DNA of 64,000 nucleotides from contig JBLDXI010000054.1 of NCBI GenBank assembly GCA_047495785.1, positions 3,906,001-3,970,000 on the forward strand, written 5' to 3'. Below are positions 11,536 to 23,613 of this stretch, piece after piece (within the stretch, counting starts at the first letter, position 1; each line of letters starts with the position of its first letter). The notes below the pieces were generated by a model. It made no database searches. It saw only the letters and a list, made by a program, of their open reading frames with translations, and was not told the DNA's origin. The translations under genes and the position numbers were made by a program. This DNA comes from Lepidodermella squamata. Taxonomy: Eukaryota > Animalia > Gastrotricha.

Positions 11536-13049
11536 TTAGCCGCTGAAGACACATGTTGGCGGGTTGGGGCTCCAAGCGCCGTTCGATTGGCATTCGATCA
11601 AGTTAGTTCCCACCATCCTGTACCGGCTGCTGCTGCATGCGAATCGAATTCGACCGCTCAGTGGATAATTTCCATCAAGTGGCGCGGGATCAGGGTTGGT
11701 GAACACGATTTGGCTATTCGCAGGTATTGCAGGACTGAAGCAGCCTCCACCGTTGTTGCCCGTGGATGAAGCTTGATATCCAAATTATTATAGCACTGGA
11801 ATACAAGTCTTAAAAAAGTACCTTGGCATTGCGGAGGGCGCTTATCCCAGTTTCCATTCGTATTGCATCTGATGGTAGCTTCCGAAGTCAGAACGTAATT
11901 CTCGTTGCACTTGTAAGTTATAGTAGAGCCGGGTGCGAAAGCTTTTCCTGTTCCATCATTGATAGGCTCGGATTGTGATTCAATGTCTCCGTTAAGTGGT
12001 TGCGACGGCAGGTAACATTTTGTGTTGGTAATCGGTGAATTTGTCGCAACAGGCAAGCATTGCGGCATATTGCTCGGGTTCCACGCGCCGTTTAAACAAG
12101 TTATTTTCGTTGCTCCAACTAGCCGATAACCAAACTCGCAGGTGTAACTAGAACGAGGGAAGTTGAAGAACTATTAACTTGTTTAACTCTCTAACCTAAT
12201 GAAGCTATTATCTCCGAACAGTGATGGGGTTGAAGGACTAATTGGGGCTGATTGCTGACTGACTCGAAGTCCCGCTGTAGCAGTCGGTTTTGTGCACGCA
12301 CGGGCGCAAACTGGCGGATTTACGTCCCAGGTGCTATCAGGCCTAAATTCCTGGAAGTAAGCACCAACTCGGTTGAACGTCGTGGGATGAACTTACTGGC
12401 AAGTTATCATCGGGGACCCTATTGTGACCGTTCCAGGATCGCAACTGTACCTGCAGGGGGTTATAAAAATTATGTCGAGCGGAGCAATTTTTGTTTTTTA
12501 CAAACGTTATTGTGCTGCCTTCTTTGAATTGGGTCGGAGACTCATCTATGGGTGCTGCTTGCTGGGTTACTTTACCATTGACTGGCGTAGGTGGTTTATC
12601 GCAGATCCCTCCGATTCCTGATTCCAGCAATCATTTATTAAACAGGAAAAATAACCATGGAAGGAAGCTCACGTTGGCAAGACCCAAGCTGTTTGTCCCA
12701 ATCGCCTGTCGTGCCGCTGCAAGTGATCGAGCGATCATCGCCGTTGGTCACGGTCGTTACATATCCGTAGCCATCGGGGCATTGAACCGTTATCTTTGTT
12801 CCTGCAGAGGGTCATCGAAGGTCAAATTTTAGAATGGGAATTTTTGAGAATATAACCTGCGGGGAACGGAGGCAGGCTCGAGGTTCGAATGGGGTTATTT
12901 TGGCAGAACTTGGCACCCCATGCCCTGCTACTTGCCACATCGCTGTCGCTAGATGCAAGTGGTTTCGCCGGGCTTCGCTGTGCCGAGCCCAACTGATATG
13001 ATAGGCAACTTGCCGCAATTAACCAGGAAATTACTTTCGAGTCATACAT
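11536..13049 (-). CDS. Secreted protein with five sushi/CCP domains
   Basis: Signal peptide, then five C..P..G..Y.C..GY....I.C...G.W...P.C modules assembled over six short introns; ends PTCVFSG* with no TM or GPI tail. Confidence 0.85.
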
Positions 13050-13343
13050 CCTGGTTTTTTTGACCAGACTCTTCTATGAATATTTTAAAACAGAAAAGTG
13101 TTTCTTACAGTTAAATAATATAGAAAATGTCTAGATGGAAGCTCCGTTTGTGCTTTAGCATCACGTCGTGTATTATTCTAGCCGCCCAGCTATCACGTCT
13201 TTTCGCTTAAGCCGACGTAGTCGTGCGCACCTGAATCCGATTTAAACGCTTGTGTTTCCTGTCGTACGATACCAGAGCTTGTTTTCGTCATTTTATTACT
13301 CCAAGAAATACATAGAAATAGTTGAAAATGTACAAAATAACGT

Positions 13344-14223
13344 TTAATTTGGGCCGGACATGTCATGTTTCGCCTTTCTGTTGCAGCAGGTCGTGCAGCA
13401 TTCCTTTATCGAGAAAAGAAAGTTTTTGGAAATTATCCGATTAAAACAGTTTCTAACTCACAACAAGGCGCTCGCGGAACGTGTCGCAGCAAAATAGAAT
13501 GATGACAAAAATAACCACGAGAACCAGAATGCCCCCTATAACGCCTCCTATAATCGCCGCAATCGGATTCGGAGTCGAAAACGATTTGTATTCCTTGCTC
13601 AAACAGCTGACATAGGGCTTATCGCTTGGTATATTATTCGGTTTATACATTCCATAGACGACAACTTGGTAATCGTTCCCACTGTCGGCATCAAACTCGA
13701 TGAATTTTAGATTTGTTACCACCATTTTAACTTTCGTCACCCTCGAGCAGCGAGACTTGCTTGATGATGTTTTCCAAGAGGATGAAGATCGATATGAAGC
13801 ATAAGTGGACCAAGTTCCGACCCAATACGCTTCATTCTGAAAAGGATACTTGTCTCGCCATGTGCATCGCGTTCGGAATTTAGTTCGCACGCCTGACTCC
13901 AAAAATTCACAGGCAAGACCCTCGACCGATTGGTTGCATGCCCTATTATCATCAGGTAGAACCACGTCATCATCATCATCATCATGATAACCATTATCAC
14001 CAACAGTGCCACCAATAATATTAGTGCCAAAAAAATTATTAAAATCGTCGTCTAAAACCGCCTGAGCTGCTGGGGGTTGATTATTGTTGCACGGCACCGC
14101 CGTAGAGGAATTTCATGCAGTGGGGACTCGAATTGTGACAGCATTGCTTTGAGCAATAGTCGAATGAAACAGGTTAGCCACGGAAAGGCATGCCAAAATT
14201 ACAGCCGCAGAGCTATGGCCCAT
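13344..14223 (-). CDS. Type I single-pass membrane protein with Cys-rich cytoplasmic tail, interrupted by an in-frame TGA at codon 37
   Basis: Signal peptide MGHSSAAVILACLSVANLFHSTIA is in frame with ORF 13453..14097; TGA at 14113-14115; acidic linker, Cys-containing ectodomain, TM AIIGGVIGGILVLVVIFVIILFCC; spliced last exon ECCTTCCNRKAKHDMSGPN*. Confidence 0.65.
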
Positions 14224-14696
14224 TCTTACTGATGCGAAAAATAAACAGCAGAGAAAGTTGGATGAATGTGTCTTATATTTCTATTTTCGCATTCCAGCCT
14301 ATGCTGTGTGCATTACTATATCAGATTCAACTGTATATAGGCCGAGAGCAGGCGTAATGACAAAAACCAGTTGTGTGACGGTGGTTTTTTATACCTCAGT
14401 GTGTTTACGGCGATGAATGCATCAACAGTTTTCTTATACAAATGTGACGGTGCGTACCACGTATATACCACTAATTTTACCTGAATGAATCAAATACAGC
14501 GGTGCTGAGAGCATTTTGTATGAAAAGGCAAAAATGCTTGAAACTTTACAGTTTTTTAAGCTTATAGGTTAAATAATCATCAAATTCCTGGTGATAATAA
14601 TATCAGAGCAATGCTTTTCTTATCACTTATAGCTAGAAAGTACTAAGAATTAGCTTATTAATATACTTTTCGAAAGTTCCATAGGGCCTTTTTAAT

Positions 14697-15086
14697 ATGG
14701 TCTACAAGCTCGACATTGTTCACAAGAAATTTTACAAAACCAAGGAAATCCAATTGGTTCGGTTGGCCTTGGAGGAAACTGACGATTCAGCTTGTTATGA
14801 CTACGACAGAGGCACGGCGTGGCAAGAAGAGGACAACGACTGGAGCTCAACTTACCGCATGGCCGCTTATTTCGTGAATATTAATAGTCGCAAAATTTAC
14901 GAATCGCTCAGCGCCCCGAAGCAGCGAGCTTTAGCGCTCCAATTAGCCGCCGATTGGCATACGTACGGCGACTACTACACTATGAAGCTCAAGTTGGAAA
15001 CAACAGCCTTCACAGTCAACTACGAGCTTTCCAAATCAGGCATATCTGGTTCGGGATATTGCACTGGCTCTTTGAACCTTGAATGA
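14697..15086 (+). CDS. Intronless 129-aa hypothetical protein
   Basis: ATG-initiated ORF with globular-looking composition; upstream acceptor-like ttccatag; downstream AATAAA at ~15158. Confidence 0.6.
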   Translation: MVYKLDIVHKKFYKTKEIQLVRLALEETDDSACYDYDRGTAWQEEDNDWSSTYRMAAYFVNINSRKIYESLSAPKQRALALQLAADWHTYGDYYTMKLKLETTAFTVNYELSKSGISGSGYCTGSLNLE

Positions 15087-15281
15087 AAGATCCATTACCT
15101 CTGCTAGCTGATATTTTAAAGAATATTCAAACCTCAATCACTCTCAATTCAAGTGCAAATAAAAATAATACCTATGAGATTTAAGGAAGGAACAAAGATT
15201 TATTTGACAATCAAAACGAGAGTTAGGGTGGAAACACACATTAGTGCTACACAGAATTTGATTTCAAGTCGCGGTGCGATT

Positions 15282-16310
15282 TCAATTTGCATTCGGTGAA
15301 GCTAGGCCAGTCATTTGCTCGCTCATAGCCCATAATTTATCGGCTTTCACGTCATCTTTAGCTATATTCCAAGGGTTGCTGACCTTGCAATCTCTGTTTT
15401 ACAGAAAAAAATTGTATTTTAATTTAATTTTTGGGCTGAAAAGCTTACACGTAGTAGCTCCCGGTGAGCTGTTCGATTCCCGGTTGTGTTGCGCAAAATA
15501 GTGGAGTTCTAACACCAGCCTCAATGTTACTAAGCATTGACCGTGAAACACTCTGCACTCCGGAAGGCAAATTTCTGATTAGTCCAGTCTTGATAGCACC
15601 CGGGTACAGAACAAACACCGAAATACCACTGTGGCTCGAGCCGTTTAAAAACTTGTTCAAAGACCTGGCAAATAGCATATTCGCCAATTTCGACTGGCAA
15701 TACTGGGTTGTGCCGGAGTAAGCCCCTGGTTTCTCCGCATTAGGATCCTCAATGTTGAAACCGGACGGCCAGCAAAAGCAATAGCCTTTAGATGCAACGA
15801 CAACGATTCGACTCGGGGCCGAGCGCTTCATGAAATCGATGAGCAGACGGGTCAATAAAAAGTGGCCAAGATGGTTTGTCGCAAAGGTCAGTTCGTGGCC
15901 GTCAGGGGTAACTTGTCGTTCGTTTCCCGGCCAAACGCCAGCGTTACAAATCAGCACGTGCAGCGCCGACTCGGTTTGCTGAAGCTGAGTAGCGAACTGG
16001 CGAACTGATGCCTGAACCGATAAGTCGAGTTGCCGGCATACGACACGCTCTTCTGGTAAATTTCCAGCCTTCTCCCTAATTTCTGAGCGAAATATCTCAA
16101 AATTATTCAAGGCTACTATAACCATGGATAAAATGTACCTCTAGCAGCATCCTCGCCAGCTTGTACGTTGCGACATGCCAAAATAACTCGACCGGCTCCT
16201 GCCTTGGCAATTGCCTCAGCTGTTGCTTTTCCTATTCCAGAATTTGCCCCGGTTATAACCACAGTTTTACCAACTATGGACCAAGCATCGCCTACTACTG
16301 CTGCTGCCAT
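15282..16310 (-). CDS. Retinol dehydrogenase 11/12/14-like short-chain dehydrogenase
   Basis: [33 protein letters not shown] (YxxxK), [16 protein letters not shown]; two introns. Confidence 0.9.
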
Positions 16311-16712
16311 TGTTGTTAACTGTCTACGACAACAGGGGAACATTTTTTAAAATCTACAGCAAATCGAAATAATGCAAGCATGCAAAGCCAGGTGCGGGCC
16401 TTTTTAGAGGAACAACAAAAACGAATAGATCCGAGGGGAATTACTCGCAGATAAAAACGTGGGAGAGAGATATGGCCTTGATATAGTGGACATATAGTGG
16501 GTTTTTTTTTATCAACGAATGAGTTTGTGGCAATAATGCAGCTTGACACTTTCCACACGCCAATGATTCAGGGTGCATGAAGTTTAGCCGGCAAAGCCGC
16601 GATGCGGAATTATCGATTGAAATTTGACGGTTTTGTTTTTGTCTAGTGTACTGAGGTCAAGTTTGATGGCCAGCGCATCACGATCTCTCGGAGAATATTT
16701 ATCCTTTATTTT

Positions 16713-17912
16713 TTATAAAATCGATGTTCTGCTAAATCGAAACTTCAAATGTTCCAATTTATCGAATAGCAAGCCTCTAATCACGTGATTGATAATCAAG
16801 GTCATGAACGGAATAGAAACTTCAGCTAGAAAGCGAAGCATGTTTCCAATTTCGGTAATTATTACCGAGGCCTCGCAGGGTCGGGAAGGTGATGTCCATA
16901 TGCTTTGATCGATCGCTAAAGTAGCTATGTTCAAAAAGAGATTGTAGAAGCTGTGGATGACGAACAGGGTCGCTATGTAGAAATAGACGCGTGTTATACG
17001 AATTCGACGCTCTTGAAACTCTGTCAAAGAACGGGAGGGAGGGTCGCAGTTTTCGGGGTCAAAATCTGTCTGAGATTTGGGGTTATTAGGCAGGTGGAGC
17101 TTGCAAAGACGCCAACATGTGTTGCCATAACAGAATGCTGACGCCAACGAAAGTAAAACAGTGATGACTTGCGAAACCAAGAGAATGACAAAGAAATGAA
17201 CACCGCGCTTCGCAGCAACAAAGAAAAAATCGCCGCTCCAGAGAGCGACGGAAAACTGCCGAGTTGCCAACTCAAGAACTGCTTTATACGCTGATATCTG
17301 TAATATAGAAACTTTGCAATCAGAATTTTTGGATTTTTTTTAATAAGGCTTTAACCTGAACCCCAAATGCGTAACAAAATCGCGCGGTAGAAACTGTGAA
17401 ATTGCGTCGATTCCTTTTCGGACCTGACGATTGCATCCAGCGTTGTATACCAAAGCCGGTGATGAGGATGAAATCGCACCATACTACGGTGGAACTTGTT
17501 ATCCAAGTCACCTCAGCTGTCACGGCTGCTGCCCGATCAATGCCTGGTAACAAAGTTATAATGCACCCACTGTAGTTATATGACGTTGAAAATGCTCACT
17601 TCTTGCGCGCTTTGAAAGCTTGGCACAGGGACTGACTTTGGCGCCGTCTATCGCTAGGTTCGCCGACCACATTGTGAAAAATACTATCCCATTGATATTG
17701 CAGGCTCGAAGAAGGCTGTAAGCAGGCCCGACTAGGCGGGATGCTGATTCCCCGAAAAACAAGACTGATACTACTGCGATATTCAGTAGTAAACCGACTA
17801 TTATTATTAAGGGATATACATAGTCCCATAGGGCATTTTGGAAACAAACTGCCGGGCAAGTAGCGTTATACTCGGGTGAGTAACACCCCGTGACTGGGCT
17901 AGGAGTTGACAT
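16713..17912 (-). CDS. Divergent rhodopsin-class (7TM) orphan GPCR
   Basis: N-glycosylated N-terminus, TM1 YVYPLIIIVGLLLNIAVV, TM3 ending GIQRW, RRIRITR before TM6, TM7 with P; two introns. Confidence 0.7.
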
Positions 17913-18243
17913 CTTCTGAGACCACCTTTTGAACTGAATTCTGCCGTGCCTAAATATAAGTAGCATTCACGTGAATTCGATTTTGCGATCTCGCCACTTT
18001 CGGTAATTTTCACGTGCCTGATATGAGAAAATGTTTACCTGAACGCAGGCATCGCGACCTCAGCTGATAAAGAGTTCATTATTCACCACCACGCACGATA
18101 GCTTGCATTTTTATTTATATTCCAATATGTTGGACTTTGAACTTATAACACAGAAAATTGACTTCGCCTGAAATCATACAAGACGATTCAATAATTCACC
18201 GGGAGTTTTCAATTACAAAAGTAAATCACATTTCAAGTCAAAA

Positions 18244-19852
18244 TTATTCAGCTTCCATTTCAACCACAGCTGTAGCGGTTGAGAAGAACGGGCCTTGTCG
18301 TACGTAGACGCCGAGCTTTACGATTTCGGGCGCGTCGAAATAGTTTGCAGCTGTAGTGGACATGAAAATACTCTGAACCAGCTGGTACTTTAGTTCACGG
18401 CCCATTTTATCAGTCTCGGTGTTGCGATCAACCAAGAAATCGACAAAGCCCTTCGTACCAGCCATCAATTGCTGAGCCCATGGTTGCGTTGATAACGCGA
18501 TCAGTAAACGCTGAGATGCCACATGGCGCTCATTCAGCGGACTTTTAGCCCATTCCATTGGGTAATCGAAGCGGGAATCAAACAAAATATTGAACCAGCG
18601 AGCATTCGTGTCGTAATAATCTTTAGTTGGCTGGACGTGAGCTGGAATCGTGAATAGATCGGCGCTTATTAAAATCGCTTTCGACTGAAAAAAACCCAAA
18701 TAAATCCATCAGGCTCCTTGAAAATTAGTTAATTCTTACGTGAACGTCATCTGAGCCTCCCCGCGTAAGAAATGTACGCAATTGTTTGATCCATTCTTCG
18801 ACTTTGATACCTGGTATCTTGTTATTGGCAAACAGCTCTTTCGATTCGGGAAGCTGGCTCAAAATCGCGAAACTCTCCAGGCCTACTAAACAAGCACCGA
18901 TGTCGCTCGGGTTTCGGCAAGAAGCGTCCAGTAATTCGAAGTAATGGCCGTGTTCGGATGTCAACAGTGGGAAATTAGTTCTGCCGATACTTGTGAATAG
19001 TTTAATAAACGCTGGCATCAAGATCGATGAAAATGATGAATCTTTCGAAGCGATCATATCCCGATAAATCGTCGTTACCAGCCCATTGGATTGGAAATGC
19101 GCAAGCGCATTCGGCTCAGTCAGAATGCTAGCGAATAGCTCCAGGCAATTGAGTAAAAGCAGAGGGTCGTCCTGAAAGCAATTAATTTAATAAAACTCGT
19201 GGGAATCAAGGGAACAACGTACGGATACTGATCTCGCGTAAATTTTGAATAGCCGGTTGAACATACCGACGGAGATGAAATGTTGCAGGCAAACTTCACT
19301 TGAAACGGCCATTTTAATCAGCAATTCATAAAAGCGGAGCTGCTTTTCTGCCGGAATCATGTCCAAAGTCTTGCAAACTTCAGCGCTGGTGAAAGCAGCA
19401 ACGTGCTGCTTTCCAACTATCAGCAAGATTCCTTCGACCATTTTCAAACAGCCAGCATCTTCTGCAAACAATAGCTCGACGAGCAACATCACCAAATTCA
19501 TGTGTTCAGAGAAGCAATGAGGACATTCTGCAGCAACGCGTTCCAATTGATAAAGACACATTCTAAGAATTGTTTCATCTTCCGAGGATAAAGCTTTAAC
19601 GAACAAAGCTTCAAATTTGGGGAGCAGATTTTTTGGATCGACAGCGTCACAGAGTCTCTTCAGAATAGCCAGTGATAATTCATTCTCAACGCCGATACAT
19701 TCTACGATATGATGAACGTTTATTTGCTCCAATACAGATTGAACCTCTGATCTGGCCATTTTAGCCAAGGATCCCATTATTTTCTCCAAATGCGGTGTTT
19801 TCTCGGGAACATTTGGCAGGTCATTCACAAATTGCGCAATTTCGGAAGTCAT
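18244..19852 (-). CDS. PSMD5: 26S proteasome assembly chaperone S5b
   Basis: ARM/HEAT-like protein with DDPLLLLNCLE..FIKLF..QPWAQ..GFVDFLVDRNTETDKMGRELKY..YVRQGPFF..AVVEMEAE; two introns. Confidence 0.9.
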
Positions 19853-20638
19853 TGTAGCATGCACTTGCGGCAATAAAAGTCTAACAATAATGGAAATAAC
19901 AAATGTTTAACAATATGTAAGTAATAAACGACAGTAAGAAATCGTTCTTTCCCCAATGCTACTTGAATTAAACAAAACAATTGGTAGAAATATCCGTGAT
20001 TTGGCGGCTGAACAACGAAAGACATGGCTCGCGGGCCAAACTATCACCATGAAACTGTCAAAGAATTAAAGAATTGTAAGAATTAAAACTCGGCAATGCT
20101 TGTAAAAACACATCAGCGAATGCTGCGGACTGGCACATAAGGTAATAAATCTTAATAAATACTAGAACAAAAAGCCCTTATCGATTTGTAATCTCCAATG
20201 AAAATTCAAGCGATGTTGATTAATCAATTACCATGGCTGAAACACCTTAATTTGCGCTACAGTCATTTGAATGTGGGCCTAATGATGAAAAATCATCGGA
20301 GAGCGAAGCAAAATCCAGCTTCTAAAATCAGGGTGCCTTAAAGATTGAAAGCTTCCGCCTCAGAAAATGGTAGTCTGAGCCTAGTTAAAATCTTGCCATC
20401 TTGCCATACACCCCATAAGTGAGAGCCGAGTAAATATCACAGCCGGTCCATGCAATAATCACGTAAACAGATAAAAGAATTAAAAAATTCCGTTCAACCG
20501 ATCGAAATATAGCTGACAGCTAAATCCTACAGCTGGCAGCTATCAAATTCATGGTTTTGACAGATCAAGCATTGTGCATTGTTCGATCCACAGCCGTTCC
20601 CCACCAAAACCTAGAAGCAAAAACCTTTCACGAAGAGC

Positions 20639-20686
20639 GGATGGATGGATGGATGGATGGATGGATGGATGGATGGATGGATGGAT
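20639..20686. repeat. (GGAT)12 microsatellite
   Basis: Perfect tetranucleotide array. Confidence 0.97.
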
Positions 20687-21723
20687 GTTAGACCCTGACA
20701 CCAATTCTGGTAATTTAACAGGGCCTGGGTTGAAAGTTAGGCCTGTCACCGATAATTCGATGTTAGGCGCAGAGATGGCACAATGTGATACAACAAAAAT
20801 AAATTATAAAAATAGAGCTATGATCTATTTGGTCCATTCAGACACCTGCGCGATAAAGAATTGCTGCAAGTAGGCGGCTTTGCGACAGGCTTTCGAGCAG
20901 GTAAGCTTGCGGATGAAGGGGTCGGCCTTGCTCCAGGCCTTCGAACCACGGATGATGAAGGTTCGATCTTCAGTGGCATACTGTCGGACAGCTCGCTCGC
21001 TCATCGCAGCAATGATTCAAATAATTCCCGCCAAAATTCTTCAAATACTGTACAAATTAAAACATTTATTCTAATAACTCTATGTCTTTTGAGTATTTTT
21101 GTCTTTTACGTACATTAATATTTTTCCGGCGGATGAGGGGTGGGTAGCGCAGTTGCGTGCGAATTCTCAGGGTGGCGATTTCAGGCTAATCGGGCTCCGT
21201 TTCTTTCTGAGCAGACCGATGGTTGTTTAAGAAGTCAAAAAGCACTGAAGTGCCTTTAAAGCCCGTCTTGTGCGGTGAGCGGTGTGTTAGTTAATCTGAA
21301 CGCCATGCAATCTGATTTAGTGAAGCGATGTTGAGATCAAACATTTTCACATAAAATGGAATTTACATTGTATGTGATATTTGTGCGTGACCCTCCGTAG
21401 CTTACGGCTACTTCAGCTGAAACCCGAAACACGTTTCTCAATATTTTACGGGACAACGATCTTGAAACCTGATTGATAATACGGGCGTACTGATGACCTG
21501 TACAATCGATTGATGACTTTTTTTATCCTTTATATTTTTATTCGACCCTGCTTACTTCTTAATTACATCTTGCTGCGGCGAGCGGCGAGCAGCTGAATTG
21601 TTAATCTAGTTTGCCGAAGTATTGACGAATGGCATGACTTATCTCGCCTTAATTTATTTATATTCTCTTTCTTTAATTTCGTATTTCTAATTTATCATAT
21701 AGGAGGAAACTGCAAGTATTAAA

Positions 21724-22449
21724 ATGGCAGATGAGAGAAAAGAGTATTTGTTCAAAATATTGGTTATCGGGGAAATTGGAACCGGTAAAACTAGTATCAT
21801 CAAACGATATGTGCATAATTTTTTCTCTGAAACATATCGAGCCACCATTGGCGTTGATTTTGCACTTAAAATCCTGAATTGGGACCCTAACACAGTAGTC
21901 CGTGTTCAGCTTTGGGATATTGCCGGTATTTTTTTCGATTTATTGTTAACTCATGGTGCTATGTGTCATCTCATAGGCCAAGAGCGTTTCGGCAGCATGA
22001 CAAGAGTGTACTACCGCGAGGCTGTGGGGGCAATGGTCGTCTTTGACTCCACCAGACTGAGCACCTATGAAGCCGCAGCGAGGTGGAAGCATGATCTCGA
22101 CAACAAGCTGCAACTTCCCAATGGGCAACCCGTGCCAGCAGTTTTATTAGCTAACAAATGCGACCAATTGAGAGACAATGCATCTGGACCCGGTCTAGTT
22201 GCTAGTCACAACCAGCTCGATGAATTTTGCCAGCAGCATGGCTTTGTGGGGTGGTTCGAAACCTCTGCCAAAGAAAACATAAAAATTGACGAGGCTGCTC
22301 GTTTTTTGTTGGAGCGAGTCATTCAGAACGACCACGCTATCAATGCTCAGTCTGATGACGTGGCTGATAGCTCACTAATTCGCCTCCAAAACAGCGCCAT
22401 GTCTCCCAATGAGGGGAAGCAGAGTGAGAGTGGCGGCTGTAAATGCTGA
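21724..22449 (+). CDS. RAB32: Rab32/Rab38-family GTPase
   Basis: GEIGTGKTS, YRATIGVDFALK, WDIAG|QERFGSMTRVYY (WDIAGQE signature after removing a 51-nt intron), NKCD, ETSAK, C-terminal CKC. Confidence 0.92.
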   Translation: MADERKEYLFKILVIGEIGTGKTSIIKRYVHNFFSETYRATIGVDFALKILNWDPNTVVRVQLWDIAGIFFDLLLTHGAMCHLIGQERFGSMTRVYYREAVGAMVVFDSTRLSTYEAAARWKHDLDNKLQLPNGQPVPAVLLANKCDQLRDNASGPGLVASHNQLDEFCQQHGFVGWFETSAKENIKIDEAARFLLERVIQNDHAINAQSDDVADSSLIRLQNSAMSPNEGKQSESGGCKC

Positions 22450-22827
22450 GCCGCTTTTTCTAGTTTCTACATATATCAATATTTCGAAGTCTGATATTTT
22501 CCTGTCTAATCAAAGATGCGTTGTTTCTGACTTTGTGGATTGTGGCATATTTTCTTTACTGCCACGTGAGAAATTTAGATATTTTACTTCCGATTGAAAA
22601 TAACGCCTTATTTAAGCGCGTTTGGTATTTAAATGAATTCGTCTTTCTATTTATGTGCCAATCGCTGAAATTATTCCCGATCAATCGATTTGACATGCAA
22701 TCGAAGTGAAAATGCTTGCACATTCCAAAGGCCCTATTGCCCATGACTTTTTAATTGCTTGCTACGATTTGTTTTGAAATTAAATGAAATGACACAATCA
22801 TTTTATATTTTATAGGCAGTTTACAAA

Positions 22828-23613
22828 ATGCTGTCGTTCTTCAGACGTGTTTACGAATGGATCGCCTCTTTATTTTGGCAAGAGGAAATGGAATTAACTC
22901 TCGTTGGACTGCAAAACTCTGGAAAAACAACGTTCGTTAATTTGATTGCGGTAAGTTCATCCATCGCGTTATTTACCTTGTATTACCCCCCATTCGTATT
23001 TTTAAGATGGGTCAATTCACCGAAGATATGATTCCCACTGTCGGATTCAACATGAAAAGGGTAAAGAAAGGCAACGTTACGATTAAAATTTGGGATATTG
23101 GAGGTCAAGCTCGTTTCCGAAGCATGTGGGAGCGCTACTGCCGCGGCGTGAATGCTGTTGTGTAAGTAATCGGAATTGCTATTTATAAGATATTTCTAAT
23201 TGGAAAATTGATTAGATACATGGTCGACGCTTCTGATCATGATAAATTGGAGGCTGCTCGTCATGAATTGTTCACACTATTGGAAAAGCCGCAACTTGCT
23301 CGAATTCCTGTGCTAGTCTTGGGCAACAAGAAAGACTTGCCGGGTGCTCTAGACGTTGAGCCACTTATTGAGAAAATGTAAGAACGCTTTCACGGATGTA
23401 ATATGCTCGTATAATCGAATTTTCTTTGACAGGAAGCTGAAGGAGATTCAAGATCGCGATATTTGCTGCTACTCTATTTCCTGCAAGGAGAAGCATAATA
23501 TCGGTAAGTTTTGAATAACTTTTGGTCGATTTCATGGTGTGTTTGCCCTCTTTCCAGATATCACACTGCAATGGCTCATTGCCCACTCCAAGTCGCGAAC
23601 TGGATCAAGCTGA
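22828..23613 (+). CDS. ARL8: ADP-ribosylation factor-like 8
   Basis: [70 protein letters not shown]; four introns. Confidence 0.96.

Noticed and set aside
10088-13049. Possible CCP-Cys-loop fusion protein
   Set aside because: The CCP frame ends in TAA (11536-11538) followed by AATAAA, and the receptor has its own signal peptide, so these are two genes.
19172-19228. U12-like donor GTATCC in a PSMD5 intron
   Set aside because: Imperfect match (GTATCCGT); an in-frame ordinary GTACGT donor lies 6 nt away and the branch-like motif is poorly placed.
20549-20873. ORFs with IHPS/DGWM repeats
   Set aside because: Translations of the (GGAT)12 microsatellite.
21926-21976. Stop-free 3n introns read through by the ORF finder (Rab32, ankyrin, ZDHHC, GT91-like, Eps8-B)
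   Set aside because: With dozens of ~50-nt introns, several stopless in-frame ones are expected by chance; removing them restores the conserved motifs.
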